DNA from: an uncultured Nitrospiraceae bacterium
GTDB lineage: Bacteria; Nitrospirota; Thermodesulfovibrionia; Thermodesulfovibrionales; SM23-35
Assembly (NCBI GenBank): GCA_963727775.1
Contig: CAVSHB010000003.1
Span: forward strand, 526,002-590,001
DNA: 64,000 bases
Direction of reading: 5' to 3'
The notes under the pieces are model-generated. The model saw nothing but the letters and a program-made list of their open reading frames with translations. It ran no database searches and had not been told where the DNA came from. Positions 1 through 9,846 of the stretch are shown here, piece by piece (positions within the stretch are counted from its first letter, which is position 1; each line of letters starts with the position of its first letter). A program made the translations under genes and the position numbers.

Positions 1-1477
1 ATAAAGTGAGGATTGGATTTACGGAGAAGAAGCTGACTGCATATGGGGGCTTCAGTTTATTGGCGGCATTCTTTGAAAAGGTCAAATTGAGAGGGATATT
101 GCAAGAGGTGATTCCGGTCCATGAGAGTTTGCCCAATGGAATGGGGATATACAGCAAGGTATTGGCGTACATACTTCTGATCTATGCGGGAGGCAGCAGG
201 TTTTCTCATCTGCTTTATCTTGGCTGGCAGGAGATTTTCACTGATCTTTTTGCAGTGAAGAGGCTTCCTCTAGCCTCGACGACATTGGGCAGGCTTTTCA
301 GGAAGATCAGGAAACTGAAGGATGTGGAAGAGATGTCGGAGGGGTTATGGGGATACTTGAAGAAATTGATTCCCTGGGAGGAGCTCAAAGAGGACTGGTT
401 GACGTTTGATTCTACAGTCCTTGAGAGATACGGCAAACAGGAGGGGGCAAAGAGGGGATATAACCCGAAGAAGAAGGGCCGTGGTAGCCACAGCCCGCTT
501 CTGGCATTTCTGAACAAGAGCAAATATGTGGTGCATCTGTGGAATCGTCCGGGCAATGTGATGTCATGGAATAATATCATTGGATTTTTCGAGTCCACAT
601 GGCAGAGGATCAGCGAGCATATTGATATTAAGGGTGTTATTGCGGACAGCGGATTTTATCTCAGGGAATTTATCGAGCTTTTGGAGCGGAGAAAATTAAT
701 CTATATCATAGCCGCTCGTCTGTACCATCCTTTGCAGAGAATGGTTTATGCACAACAAAATTGGCAGCAGATAGAGGATGGAATATGGATCACGGAGTTT
801 CTTTTTCAGCATGCGGATTGGATAACCGACAGGAGATTCATTGCAGTTCGGCAGGATATAAAGAAGAGACCGCACGCGATGGGAAAGGAGCTGTCTCTCT
901 TTGGAGATGAGTTTGATACAGGTAACTATCGTTATAGCGTATGGATAACCAATTCGCATGATCCTGCATATGAGGTATGGAAGCAGTGCAGGCCGAGGGC
1001 AAACGATGAAAACACTATCAAGGAACTGAAAGAGGATTTTGCGCTTGGTGGGTTCTCGATGAAGTATTTCTATTCAACAGAGGCGGCGATGCTTATCCGG
1101 GTATTCATCTACAATCTGTTTGTCCTGTTTCGACATCAGATACTGGGGCAGCAAGAAAAGATAGAACGCTTGAAGACCTTGCGGTATAAGTATTTTGTAC
1201 TCCCCGCTCATTTGGGATGGGATGGCAGGAAGCCTGTATTGCGAATATCCGTCTTTACGCAGAAAGTACGATCAAAACTGTTATACCTCTTTAACCGCAT
1301 AGGACAATACTTTCCGCCCGGTATCGGTATTTGCACTGCAGTTGGAAGATGACAATAAAATTCAAAAGGAGATGTGCCAAGAAACAGTGCAAAGATTAGC
1401 TTTGCTAACGCTAATTCCGATAATGCCTTGATGGGCTTGTATCTACAGGTATGTCTTTTCTATCTGCACTTTTCGGG
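1..1477 (+). mobile_element. IS1380-family insertion sequence (left end outside window)
   Basis: Contains the DDE transposase ORF. The probable right terminus CTGCACTTTTCGGG ends at about 1477; this is inferred because the left IR is not visible. Confidence 0.7.
6..1352 (+). CDS. IS1380-family DDE transposase (5' end probably off-window)
   Basis: Motifs LTAYGG, TFDSTV..YGKQEGA..GYN, IADSGF and RANDENTIKELKEDF. Confidence 0.88.
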   Translation: MRIGFTEKKLTAYGGFSLLAAFFEKVKLRGILQEVIPVHESLPNGMGIYSKVLAYILLIYAGGSRFSHLLYLGWQEIFTDLFAVKRLPLASTTLGRLFRKIRKLKDVEEMSEGLWGYLKKLIPWEELKEDWLTFDSTVLERYGKQEGAKRGYNPKKKGRGSHSPLLAFLNKSKYVVHLWNRPGNVMSWNNIIGFFESTWQRISEHIDIKGVIADSGFYLREFIELLERRKLIYIIAARLYHPLQRMVYAQQNWQQIEDGIWITEFLFQHADWITDRRFIAVRQDIKKRPHAMGKELSLFGDEFDTGNYRYSVWITNSHDPAYEVWKQCRPRANDENTIKELKEDFALGGFSMKYFYSTEAAMLIRVFIYNLFVLFRHQILGQQEKIERLKTLRYKYFVLPAHLGWDGRKPVLRISVFTQKVRSKLLYLFNRIGQYFPPGIGICTAVGR

Positions 1478-1888
1478 TTAAATGGGAGTATAAATAAATT
1501 AAGAAGAGCGAGCTTACCAAAAGTGGTGGTCTTGCTACTCTCGAACTCAGCGAGAAGGTTGTAAAGTCGTTAGGACGTAAGTTGTAGACGTAAAAGTCTT
1601 AAGCTGTATGTCTCAGGATGCACAATCTGCTGAGAGATGAGAGTAAGCAAGTACCACTTTTTTTATTCAGTGCAGGCTACTCCCATATCAAAAACAAAAA
1701 ACTCACGCTGCGAGAGTTGCAAACTGTTACAAACCTGAACCCGACTAAAACAAGACACTGCTCTGGAAAAGCTTGTCTATCAGATTCTTATGATAGGAGG
1801 GAGTGAATATTCCTTTTTGCTCCATCGCCTTATAGTATTCATCAACAGAAATACCCCTCTCGAATTCTTTCAGGGTTAACTCGTAGGT

Positions 1889-3706
1889 TTAATATGGCAT
1901 AGCGAGAATTTCTGTGGAAAGGAATATGTAGACGGTTTTTTCGGGTTTGAGGCTGCCGACTCCTTCCTTATCTATCCTCTTAAGAAAATTGCCGAGATCA
2001 AGATAATCATGATCGTAAACTGAGATGAGATCGTGATTTAATTTCTGCTTTCCTGCATCAGAGAAGCTTCCCGGACCATATGATTTTCGCAGGACCTGGA
2101 TTTTCCTGATACAGAGATCTGTCAGGTCCTCGATGAACGGGATTTTTTCTGTAAGAGATTTATTGATTATTGTTCTTTTGATAGTATCGAGCAAGTCCTT
2201 ATGATCCATGGATTTGAAGAGATGAACACCTTTCATTATATAGATAGAAATAATCTCTTCTAAAATATCTATTGTCAGCACATCAAGACATTTGAACATA
2301 ATATGAAATATCTCATGGAAGTATTTCTCAAGATCCTTTAAGACAAAGATCAGCGATTCGCATTTCAGGATCTCAGTTCCGGAGAGACTCCGGGGCATAT
2401 AGACGCAAAGATTGTCAACGGGGAACCCAAGTTCATTAATGTTTCTCATGGATTTTATAAGGGTATCGAAATTTTTACGGTCCTCAATATAATCCTCCCA
2501 GTAGCGGCTTGCGATATCGGTGGAGAGATGATCATAGAAAATATTTACGTTTGCAAAATTCTCACGGAACAGATCGTGTTTCAACCGGAAAATACCCGCG
2601 ATCTCCTTCTTCATCTCCTGATAGGTAACTGCCGTCTCATGATACCGGCTGAAAAAGACAGAGATGTTGACACCGTCTCCGAGATGTTTGTTGACAAGTC
2701 TGATGTTCTTCTTCATCTCTTTAATGGAATAATAGACGCTTCCGTTCTTTATGCTTTTTCTTCCCTCATCATCAATGACCTCGGGCGACACTTCGAAAAC
2801 AGGCTTCATATCTCCCAATGAGACAAACAGTTCTTCATATAAATCCAGGAATTCTCCGTCAAGGAGTTCCCATGCGCCATAATTCAAATGGAATGTTTTT
2901 ATCAAAGATTGTTCTTCTTTCATAGCATTGAAAAGCGTCTTTATATAGTCCTTGTCATTCTCATAGCACAGATAAATCCTTCTCGTAAAATCCTTAAGGC
3001 GCTTCAGGTCTGCAACAACAGCATCGACGGATCTGTTCACCGGGGTACCCCTCGCACTGTGCGACCTGAAAGCTGTACAGCTACCGCCGCAATAACGGCA
3101 GCTATGAGCGCATCCCCTGCCGATGAATATGGGGACCCCAAGTTTCTTATCTATTGCATCAAGATATAATTGATGGTCGTAAAGATAAGTTAATTCACTG
3201 AAAGAAATGTCAGAGAGAGTTTCCTGATCAATAAAATAATTCACCTCATTGGATCGGATACCGGATGCACTTCTATAAATCAAATTCGGAACATCAGGAG
3301 GTTCTACGCCCTTCAATAAAAGTTCAATTGGCTTTTCGGGATCGCCCTTTATAACAAAATCCAGAAACCGGCACTTTTCGAGCAGGTTCTCGCCAAAGTA
3401 TCCGGCTGTGAATCCTCCGCTTAAGATTTTAATATCTTTATTGAAAGATTCAATCTGTTCACCAACCCGGAGGAAATCTTCTGCAGTCTCCTGCCAGTGA
3501 AGGATGACCCCGACATGTGTCGGTTGAAACAATTCCAGATAATGTTTTAAAATCTCACCTATTTCGGTTTCTTCGTAGACTGCCAGATTCACTATTTTTG
3601 CCGGGATATTTTTTTTGCTCAAGTAGTCACAAAGCCCGAAGCTCCCCATGGGGACATAAAAGAAATGTTCATTTGGACAGTTGATGATGAGAATTCTTGA
3701 TTTCAT
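1889..3706 (-). CDS. Cobalamin-binding radical SAM protein (frame continues past a TAA to 1745)
   Basis: N-terminal B12-binding-type domain (GGFTA, FVIKGDPE) and the CxxxCxxC motif GRGCAHSCRYC. Confidence 0.85.
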   Translation of the reverse strand: MKSRILIINCPNEHFFYVPMGSFGLCDYLSKKNIPAKIVNLAVYEETEIGEILKHYLELFQPTHVGVILHWQETAEDFLRVGEQIESFNKDIKILSGGFTAGYFGENLLEKCRFLDFVIKGDPEKPIELLLKGVEPPDVPNLIYRSASGIRSNEVNYFIDQETLSDISFSELTYLYDHQLYLDAIDKKLGVPIFIGRGCAHSCRYCGGSCTAFRSHSARGTPVNRSVDAVVADLKRLKDFTRRIYLCYENDKDYIKTLFNAMKEEQSLIKTFHLNYGAWELLDGEFLDLYEELFVSLGDMKPVFEVSPEVIDDEGRKSIKNGSVYYSIKEMKKNIRLVNKHLGDGVNISVFFSRYHETAVTYQEMKKEIAGIFRLKHDLFRENFANVNIFYDHLSTDIASRYWEDYIEDRKNFDTLIKSMRNINELGFPVDNLCVYMPRSLSGTEILKCESLIFVLKDLEKYFHEIFHIMFKCLDVLTIDILEEIISIYIMKGVHLFKSMDHKDLLDTIKRTIINKSLTEKIPFIEDLTDLCIRKIQVLRKSYGPGSFSDAGKQKLNHDLISVYDHDYLDLGNFLKRIDKEGVGSLKPEKTVYIFLSTEILAMPY

Positions 3707-3901
3707 AAGTCTAATGTTATGAGTTGTTGAACTGGCAATCCTACGCAGTATTATACCACCCGAGGGATACCCCTTAGAACCCTCGACGCAAATTTACTAC
3801 AGTAATAAAAGGTGGAAATTGGAATCATAATTTCTGCTTTGTTTTTCACTAAAAATGTAGCAGTATTAACAAAAAGTTAAACGCATAGAAAGAAGAGAGA
3901 A

Positions 3902-5236
3902 TTGCAATTACAAATTGATTTACCTGGGATAAAAGTACTTGACGATACTAAATTCAGGAACGGAAAGAAGAACAAACTACACCCTAATGACAGCATGTTT
4001 CATGATTGGTATCGTTTTGTTCTTTCTTTTCCCCCCCATTTAGTCCAGCATTACATACACAAATTCAATATCGATAAAAGCAAAGTAATACTGGACCCAT
4101 TCTGCGGGACCGGAACGACCATAGTAGAGTCAAAGCTCAATAGAATACCTGCAATCGGCATTGAAGCAAATCCGTTTGCACATTTTGCAACCTCTGTAAA
4201 GACCGACTGGAGCATTAAGGGAGAAGAACTTGAGGCAATGGCTCATGAGGTTGCATCTGAAGCAGTAGAGGAACTCAAGTGCGAAGGCATTCATGAAGCT
4301 CCTATTCTTGGAGGTAATGTCTCGGAACTCAATCTGAACACGGTTGACACAGACGCACAAAAACTACTCATCACAAACTCCATAAGTCCCCTTCCATTGC
4401 ATAAAACACTAAGACTGTTGAACATTCTTAAACGATACAAAGATCATCCATGCTTTAACCATGCGCTATTAGCGCTGGCAAATGCGCTGGTTTTTAAAAT
4501 AAGCAACCTCAAATTTGGGCCGGAGGTTGGAGTTGGCAAACCGAAATTGGATTATCCGGTTATTAGCTCCTGGTTAGGGGAAATCGCTAAAATCGCGAGA
4601 GACGTTGCCTCGATCGAAGGAAACGCGTACTCGCCATGCAGAGCAATTTTGGGTGATTCTCGCCAAATCAGCAAATTGCTTGACCATAACAGTGTTGATG
4701 TTGTGATAACATCTCCGCCCTATCCAAATGAAAAGGACTATACCAGAACAACGAGGCTGGAATCAGTCATATTAGGATTCATAAATAATTTGGAGGAGCT
4801 GAGAAAATTCAAAAAGACCCTAATTCGTTCAAATACCCGTGGAATCTATAAAGACGATGAAGATGATAAATGGGGTGAAAACAACGAAAGCGTTTTAAGG
4901 CTCGCTGAAATGATCGAAAGAAAAAGAATTCAACTGGAAAAAACTTCCGGTTTCGAGAAACTCTACAGTCGGGTTACTGTTCAGTATTTCGGGGGAATGG
5001 CTAAACATTTTGCCGATCTGCGCCATGTCTTAAAGAAGGGTGCGCTTTTGGCTTACGTTGTAGGCGATCGGGCTTCTTATTTTAAGGTAATGATTCGCAC
5101 CGGTAAACTGTTAGCAGAGATCGCTCAATCGTTGGGATATGAGTTGGCAGAAATCGAGTTGTTCCGCACGAGATTTGCTACTGCAACCTCATCTCAATTG
5201 AGAGAAGAGGTTGTTATCCTGCGTTGGCCTGGATAG
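3902..5236 (+). CDS. Amino (probably N4-cytosine) DNA methyltransferase, alpha motif order
   Basis: Motif I DPFCGTGTT precedes motif IV TSPPY. Confidence 0.88.
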   Translation: MQLQIDLPGIKVLDDTKFRNGKKNKLHPNDSMFHDWYRFVLSFPPHLVQHYIHKFNIDKSKVILDPFCGTGTTIVESKLNRIPAIGIEANPFAHFATSVKTDWSIKGEELEAMAHEVASEAVEELKCEGIHEAPILGGNVSELNLNTVDTDAQKLLITNSISPLPLHKTLRLLNILKRYKDHPCFNHALLALANALVFKISNLKFGPEVGVGKPKLDYPVISSWLGEIAKIARDVASIEGNAYSPCRAILGDSRQISKLLDHNSVDVVITSPPYPNEKDYTRTTRLESVILGFINNLEELRKFKKTLIRSNTRGIYKDDEDDKWGENNESVLRLAEMIERKRIQLEKTSGFEKLYSRVTVQYFGGMAKHFADLRHVLKKGALLAYVVGDRASYFKVMIRTGKLLAEIAQSLGYELAEIELFRTRFATATSSQLREEVVILRWPG

Positions 5237-5258
5237 GGAGGCTGATTGAAGAAGAACC

Positions 5259-5621
5259 GTGCAGAACCATCTAAGAACAACAGCACCCCAGATCGGCCAG
5301 GTGGAAACAGATGAAATTTATATCGGAATCGATAAGAGAGGAGCACACTACGTTCTCCCGGTTCAAGCTAAAGGCGGAACAGACAAGCTTGGAATTGTGC
5401 AATTTGAACAGGACTTGGCAGTCTGCCTCGCAAAATTTCCGAATCTGATATGTAAGTTAATTGCTGCACAATTCATGCGAGACAACATCATAGCTATTTT
5501 TGAACTGGAAGATTCCGAAGCCGGAATCGTCATAGTCTCAGAGAAGCACTATAGGCTTGTGCCGCCCGAGGAACTTTCCCCTGAAGATTTAAAGAAATAC
5601 AGTCTGCGTTCTGCTGATTAA
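5259..5621 (+). pseudogene. C-terminal fragment of a type II restriction endonuclease
   Basis: PD-(D/E)xK-like segment ETDEIY..PVQAK directly after the MTase. Only 120 aa, no clear start or RBS, appears to begin mid-domain. Confidence 0.6.
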
Positions 5622-5643
5622 GTTCGGTAATACAGACAAATTA

Positions 5644-5825
5644 ATGGTAAAAAAAAATGATTCAATTCTCGACCTGTTGGCCCTCTTTCCGTGGTGGGTT
5701 AGTGTTGCGTTATCTGGCAGTTCATATCTGATTCTGGAATACTTCATTCCCACAATTGAGTTTCAGCAAAAAGGGCCAGAAGACATGACATATATGCTTT
5801 TCAAAGGACTGGCTAACGCCGCGCT
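5644..5825 (+). pseudogene. N-terminal membrane segment of a truncated protein (resembles Mrr-type endonuclease N-termini)
   Basis: LLALFPWWVSVAL transmembrane start; the frame then runs into the antisense of the hicA remnant. Confidence 0.4.
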
Positions 5826-6027
5826 TAAGGTCGATCAGCATTTTTTAAAATGCTTTTCAAGACTTTTGGATGAAGGATATCTCCGGAATGGTAGGGTACC
5901 GTTACTCTCCTCCCAGATTTATTTTTATAAATTTTGGAGCTTTCACTTTGACGGCTAAGAAAGAACCCGGCTTTTTCTAAAGCCCTTATAATATCTGTGG
6001 GAGTTATTCGCGGGGCTTTTCACTCAT
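5826..6027 (-). pseudogene. hicA: Degenerate hicA toxin copy
   Basis: Near-copy of 9847-10074 with a 1-nt deletion near the start, GSH changed to ESS, and a 3' deletion. Confidence 0.85.
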
Positions 6028-6248
6028 ACCGCAACTTCTAAGGAAGTTAGGCTCACTGATTCGGCTTGCGGTATTTCTTCACCGGATGCAATCCGATCTT
6101 CGATATGAAGACGTATAGCATCCCTGACGTTTTTTAAAACCTCTTCATAGGTATCACCCTGGGTATAACAGCCTTGAAGTTCAGGGCAAAAGGCAAAATA
6201 TCCTTCTTCCTTTTTTTCTATCACTACCGAGAATCTATATCCAGCCAT
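6024..6248 (-). CDS. hicB: HicB-family antitoxin (copy 1)
   Basis: GYFAFCPELQGCYTQGDTYEE motif; differs from 10071-10295 by 2 aa. Confidence 0.9.
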   Translation of the reverse strand: MAGYRFSVVIEKKEEGYFAFCPELQGCYTQGDTYEEVLKNVRDAIRLHIEDRIASGEEIPQAESVSLTSLEVAV

Positions 6249-6375
6249 ATTACAAACCTCTACAAATATCTATATTTATTCTATAGAAAACCGAGCATAA
6301 AAAGAAGCAACTCAAAAAATCGCTTGAGACATCTGTATAGACACTTGGTTAAAATCGTTCACTGAAGAATCCTGC

Positions 6376-6437
6376 AAGTCCTTGAAAAATATGGTACCCC
6401 CTGCAGGAATTGAACCTGCGACACCAGGTTTAGGAAA
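6376..6437. repeat. att direct repeat (62 bp, includes the 3' 46 nt of tRNA-Arg)
   Basis: Identical to 11982-12043; identity ends at the anticodon loop. Confidence 0.93.
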
Positions 6438-6573
6438 TTCATCACGTAGAAATCAGTCTAATCCTTCCAAAAAGTCAAAGTAATTAACCGGTTGTAATTA
6501 AAAGAAAATCTCAATAGGGTTTGTTGATCCCTGTTGACGCATATCCGTGGAAATCAGCAGAAATTGATCTTCT

Positions 6574-6594
6574 ATGGACACCTATATGGACACC
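6574..6594 (+). promoter_or_regulatory. Putative integrase arm-type binding sites (ATGGACACC-N3-ATGGACACC)
   Basis: The same tandem motif occurs at 11931-11951, and a degenerate copy at 6325-6345. Confidence 0.65.
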
Positions 6595-6959
6595 CGATTG
6601 GTTAATGAAAAAATAGGACATGTTGCATGGAACAAATGCTATTGAGCCAAAGGAGCAGCCGGAAAGGGCAGTTTGCGAAGCTCTGCCCTCCGGCTGCCCT
6701 TTGCGTAGACCAGTTGAGCAATGTGAAGAACAAAAAAGAATTACACCATTAGAAGCAAAACCCGTTTGTTGGACTGATGCAAGGAAAGATTCACAAACAG
6801 TTATCGGCGCTGATGCAAGACCCAGGAAGCATGTTAGAAACAGAGAGGGATTAAAGTCACAAGCGCCGTGGTTACCAGGGAACAGATACTTTAAAGAGAA
6901 AAGTTTCTCTATAGCCCGATTGATTGGATACGAAAGTGCTTATAGACGGTGCCTTTTTA

Positions 6960-6989
6960 TTCGTACAGTGCTATGTAACACTGTACGAA
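6960..6989. other. Putative double-strand origin hairpin
   Basis: Perfect 11-bp stem TTCGTACAGTG/CACTGTACGAA with an 8-nt loop, 24 nt before the rep ATG. Confidence 0.6.
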
Positions 6990-7013
6990 AGTCCCATATA
7001 CGGGAATTTTCCC

Positions 7014-8195
7014 ATGTTTGATACCTTGGGTTTTTACATTCGCATAACCGAGGCTGATTACAAGAAATTGCTCCGTCAAGGCACTATGACGGCACGTCAA
7101 AACATGAAAACAGATTTTTTGGAATTTTGCTATACGAACTTTAAAACATCTCACTCGTACGATTATCAAGTCCAGTGGCGCATTGATAACAAACATTATG
7201 AAACGTCTGATAAGGGCAAGGGTTGCATACAAGTAACTGGAGAGCCTTATTTAAGGCTTGAATTCTCAGCGCCAAAGATTTTACTTGGACATAACGTTGA
7301 TTCTATAGATCAGGAATCAATGCTTGAAGCTTGTTTAATGGTCCAGAATATGTTTGAAGCAATGACCGGCGTTATTCTGCCAAGGCCCGGTGAATGGTTC
7401 CTATATCGAATGGATATCTGTGCTAACTATATTTTTAATTCTCTGTCTGAGGTTCCTGCCTATATTCGATATCTTCAGCGTCTTGATTATCCCCGTAGGC
7501 TTCCGTCACTTTACAAAGATAAGGGTTTGTATTTTGCATCGAGGCATAACACCTTAAAGATTTATGCAAAAGGGCCTGAGTTCAAGGCTCACGATTTGTG
7601 CCGCTTCTCTCAAAATAAAAATACCACTGACAATGCTTTGTCTCTTGACGGTAAGCTCCTGCAGAGAAGAGCAAACAATATTTTAAGGTTTGAGGTAGAA
7701 TTAAAAAACCGATTGCGCTATTTGATAGCACAATGGGAATTTAAACATGAAACGCTTATACTAAAATTCAAGCATTGGCCTCAATTTTGCGATGCACTGG
7801 AAATAATTGACGGGTGCAAGGAAATGGAGATGGTTATGAAAAAGTTTTTGATAGGCGAAGAAACAAAGGTTATGAGGTCGGATGACGTAATGCAAAAACT
7901 GGAATCTATTTACGGTAGGCGTGCGGCGCGGAGTTATTTTGCTACTTATGTGCAGTTGGTTACTTTGGGGCAAGCTGAAGTAAAGAGACGGGTTCCTAAG
8001 ACGACATATTACAATGCGTGCAAGGCGTTTAGAGATTGTAATATCTCAATTATTGTATCGGATGTAAAGATCGATGAAAACTTTAAGGAATCTACGGAGT
8101 CTGGTTTATTCGGTAGGGGTTTTCCTTCTGACTTTTCGTTAGAGATGTCGTCGAAGAATAAGTATTATCAGATACCGTTAAATGTAGCGGCTTAA
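7014..8195 (+). CDS. Phage/plasmid replication initiation protein, gene II/X (Phage_CRI) family
   Basis: MFDTL start, LEFSAPK..GHN, YRMDICANY, LKIYAKGPEF, LRFEVELK, TTYY motifs; ends in VAA. Confidence 0.85.
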   Translation: MFDTLGFYIRITEADYKKLLRQGTMTARQNMKTDFLEFCYTNFKTSHSYDYQVQWRIDNKHYETSDKGKGCIQVTGEPYLRLEFSAPKILLGHNVDSIDQESMLEACLMVQNMFEAMTGVILPRPGEWFLYRMDICANYIFNSLSEVPAYIRYLQRLDYPRRLPSLYKDKGLYFASRHNTLKIYAKGPEFKAHDLCRFSQNKNTTDNALSLDGKLLQRRANNILRFEVELKNRLRYLIAQWEFKHETLILKFKHWPQFCDALEIIDGCKEMEMVMKKFLIGEETKVMRSDDVMQKLESIYGRRAARSYFATYVQLVTLGQAEVKRRVPKTTYYNACKAFRDCNISIIVSDVKIDENFKESTESGLFGRGFPSDFSLEMSSKNKYYQIPLNVAA

Positions 8196-8265
8196 AGGAA
8201 CGGCGTTAGAGATATTTGTCGAGTTCACCTCCTATGGAACGATTAGTTTGGCTGGATATGTTGTT

Positions 8266-9135
8266 TCATTTTAAGATATCAGGATTGTGGTCTATAAAGT
8301 CTACAACATGTTTGATTGTACGGGCATAACCGATTCCAGGGCTGATATAGATGTCAAGAGTCTTAATCAGTTCTTGTATTGCCTCTAACGGATTTACTCC
8401 CATTATAGCGATATTACCGTGCTTCCGCATCTCAATGATGTAATCGCTGAGTTCTTTTAACCCTTTTGATATGCCACCTTCGCGATTTGTGATTATCCCA
8501 ATAACTTCACCTTGTTCGTTCAACAGTGCTCCGCCTGAGTTTCCCTTGTTGACCGGCGCTTCAATGCAAATGATGCTTTGGTTGTCAGTGATTCCAGAGA
8601 TCATTCCCTTGTGAGTAAGCATGGTAGGCGCATCAAGAGGATATCCACTGAAAACAATTTCCGATCCAACCGATGGAAGGGGCTTACCTCGAAGCAGGGG
8701 ATTGGGAATAATTGAGGATTTTGGCTTATGCAGAAGCTTGAGTATTGCGAAATCTGCGGAAATGGGAACGAGTGATTGAGGTAATGGATCGACAAGCTTG
8801 ATCGACCTCTCTGTTACCATCGGAGCAATGATCTGAGCAAGAATCACTTCTCCTGTTGCAAGAACAACAGAGATATCTGTCCCCAAAGTAATTTGGGCTT
8901 CTATTGGAGCCTTGCTCTTGTCAATATCCACTTTGCCGACCACGTGAAATGCTGTAATAACGTGCTCTGCATCGAGGAAAAAAGCAGTACCCGCTGAACT
9001 CAGTGAAGGCACGTTAACGCGGACTGCGTTTGCCCGCGATGAACTGATTGGTTGTGTTTCCGCGCATAACTCGCTCTGAATGAAAAGCAATAAAGGCAGA
9101 ACAAGCAATAATTGTTGCCACATTTTCATGGTCAA
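8266..9135 (-). CDS. Secreted trypsin-like serine protease
   Basis: Signal peptide and catalytic triad motifs TAFHV, DFAIL and GNSGG. Confidence 0.88.
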   Translation of the reverse strand: MTMKMWQQLLLVLPLLLFIQSELCAETQPISSSRANAVRVNVPSLSSAGTAFFLDAEHVITAFHVVGKVDIDKSKAPIEAQITLGTDISVVLATGEVILAQIIAPMVTERSIKLVDPLPQSLVPISADFAILKLLHKPKSSIIPNPLLRGKPLPSVGSEIVFSGYPLDAPTMLTHKGMISGITDNQSIICIEAPVNKGNSGGALLNEQGEVIGIITNREGGISKGLKELSDYIIEMRKHGNIAIMGVNPLEAIQELIKTLDIYISPGIGYARTIKHVVDFIDHNPDILK

Positions 9136-9160
9136 ATGACCTCCTGATTTATTTGAAAGT

Positions 9161-9742
9161 TTACGGCATAGCGTTTGGCTTATTAAAAGAACGAGAGACT
9201 ATTTTTTGTTTCCTTCCAATTATCAAATACAAAACGGAACCGATAAAGGGTAAAAAGGTAATTGAAAGTAGCCATATTATTTTATTTGAGTTGGTAAATT
9301 CATTCCTGAGAATATCTACTAATGCCGAAAACCAGATGAGAAAAAGTGAAAAACCTACAATTAAAAGAAATGCTAATGAGCGGAAAAATGATCTTGCTAT
9401 TGATTGACTATTGATAGATGACTTTGAAAATTTGGGTTGTATTAGAGGTAGGGGAATTTTCTTAGAGACGGAAACTTGAGCTTCATTACTGACTAAGGAA
9501 TTTGCCGCTTTTGATTCCGTTTGATTATTAATGAGCGATTCTTTTCTTTGAATATTGCTATAAGGCTGGTTCGTATGTTCACGGTATACATTAAGACGTG
9601 GAGTTTCGCGTGCCCGGGATTTCTTTTCGTTTGTACCGTAATAAACAGTATTTCCATTTTCATCGGTATATGAGGAAATTCCATCTTCTGAGAAACAAGG
9701 AGTTGAAAATAGGATAAGCAAAATTATGATTTTGTGGAACAT
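9161..9742 (-). CDS. Membrane protein: signal peptide, DUF4124-like segment and C-terminal PLDc_N-like two-TM domain
   Basis: SYTDENGNTVY segment; ALVDILR..KIIWLL..LPFIGSVLYLIIGR. Confidence 0.65.
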   Translation of the reverse strand: MFHKIIILLILFSTPCFSEDGISSYTDENGNTVYYGTNEKKSRARETPRLNVYREHTNQPYSNIQRKESLINNQTESKAANSLVSNEAQVSVSKKIPLPLIQPKFSKSSINSQSIARSFFRSLAFLLIVGFSLFLIWFSALVDILRNEFTNSNKIIWLLSITFLPFIGSVLYLIIGRKQKIVSRSFNKPNAMP

Positions 9743-9846
9743 TTTATTAATTAAACAATGTCAAATGTTGGAAACAATACAATTATAGCAGATAGCATTT
9801 CAAACGTATAATAATAAAATCATTAAACTTTTCTATACAAATAGGT

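Noticed and set aside
1889..1891. Recoded stop (Sec/Pyl) in the radical SAM gene
   Set aside because: The codon is TAA, which is not used for Sec or Pyl.
6392..6437. Second tRNA gene
   Set aside because: Only the 3' half is present; it is the att duplication.
6620..7021. 133-aa ORF upstream of rep
   Set aside because: No recognisable motif, and it overlaps the origin-like hairpins and the rep start; probably spurious.
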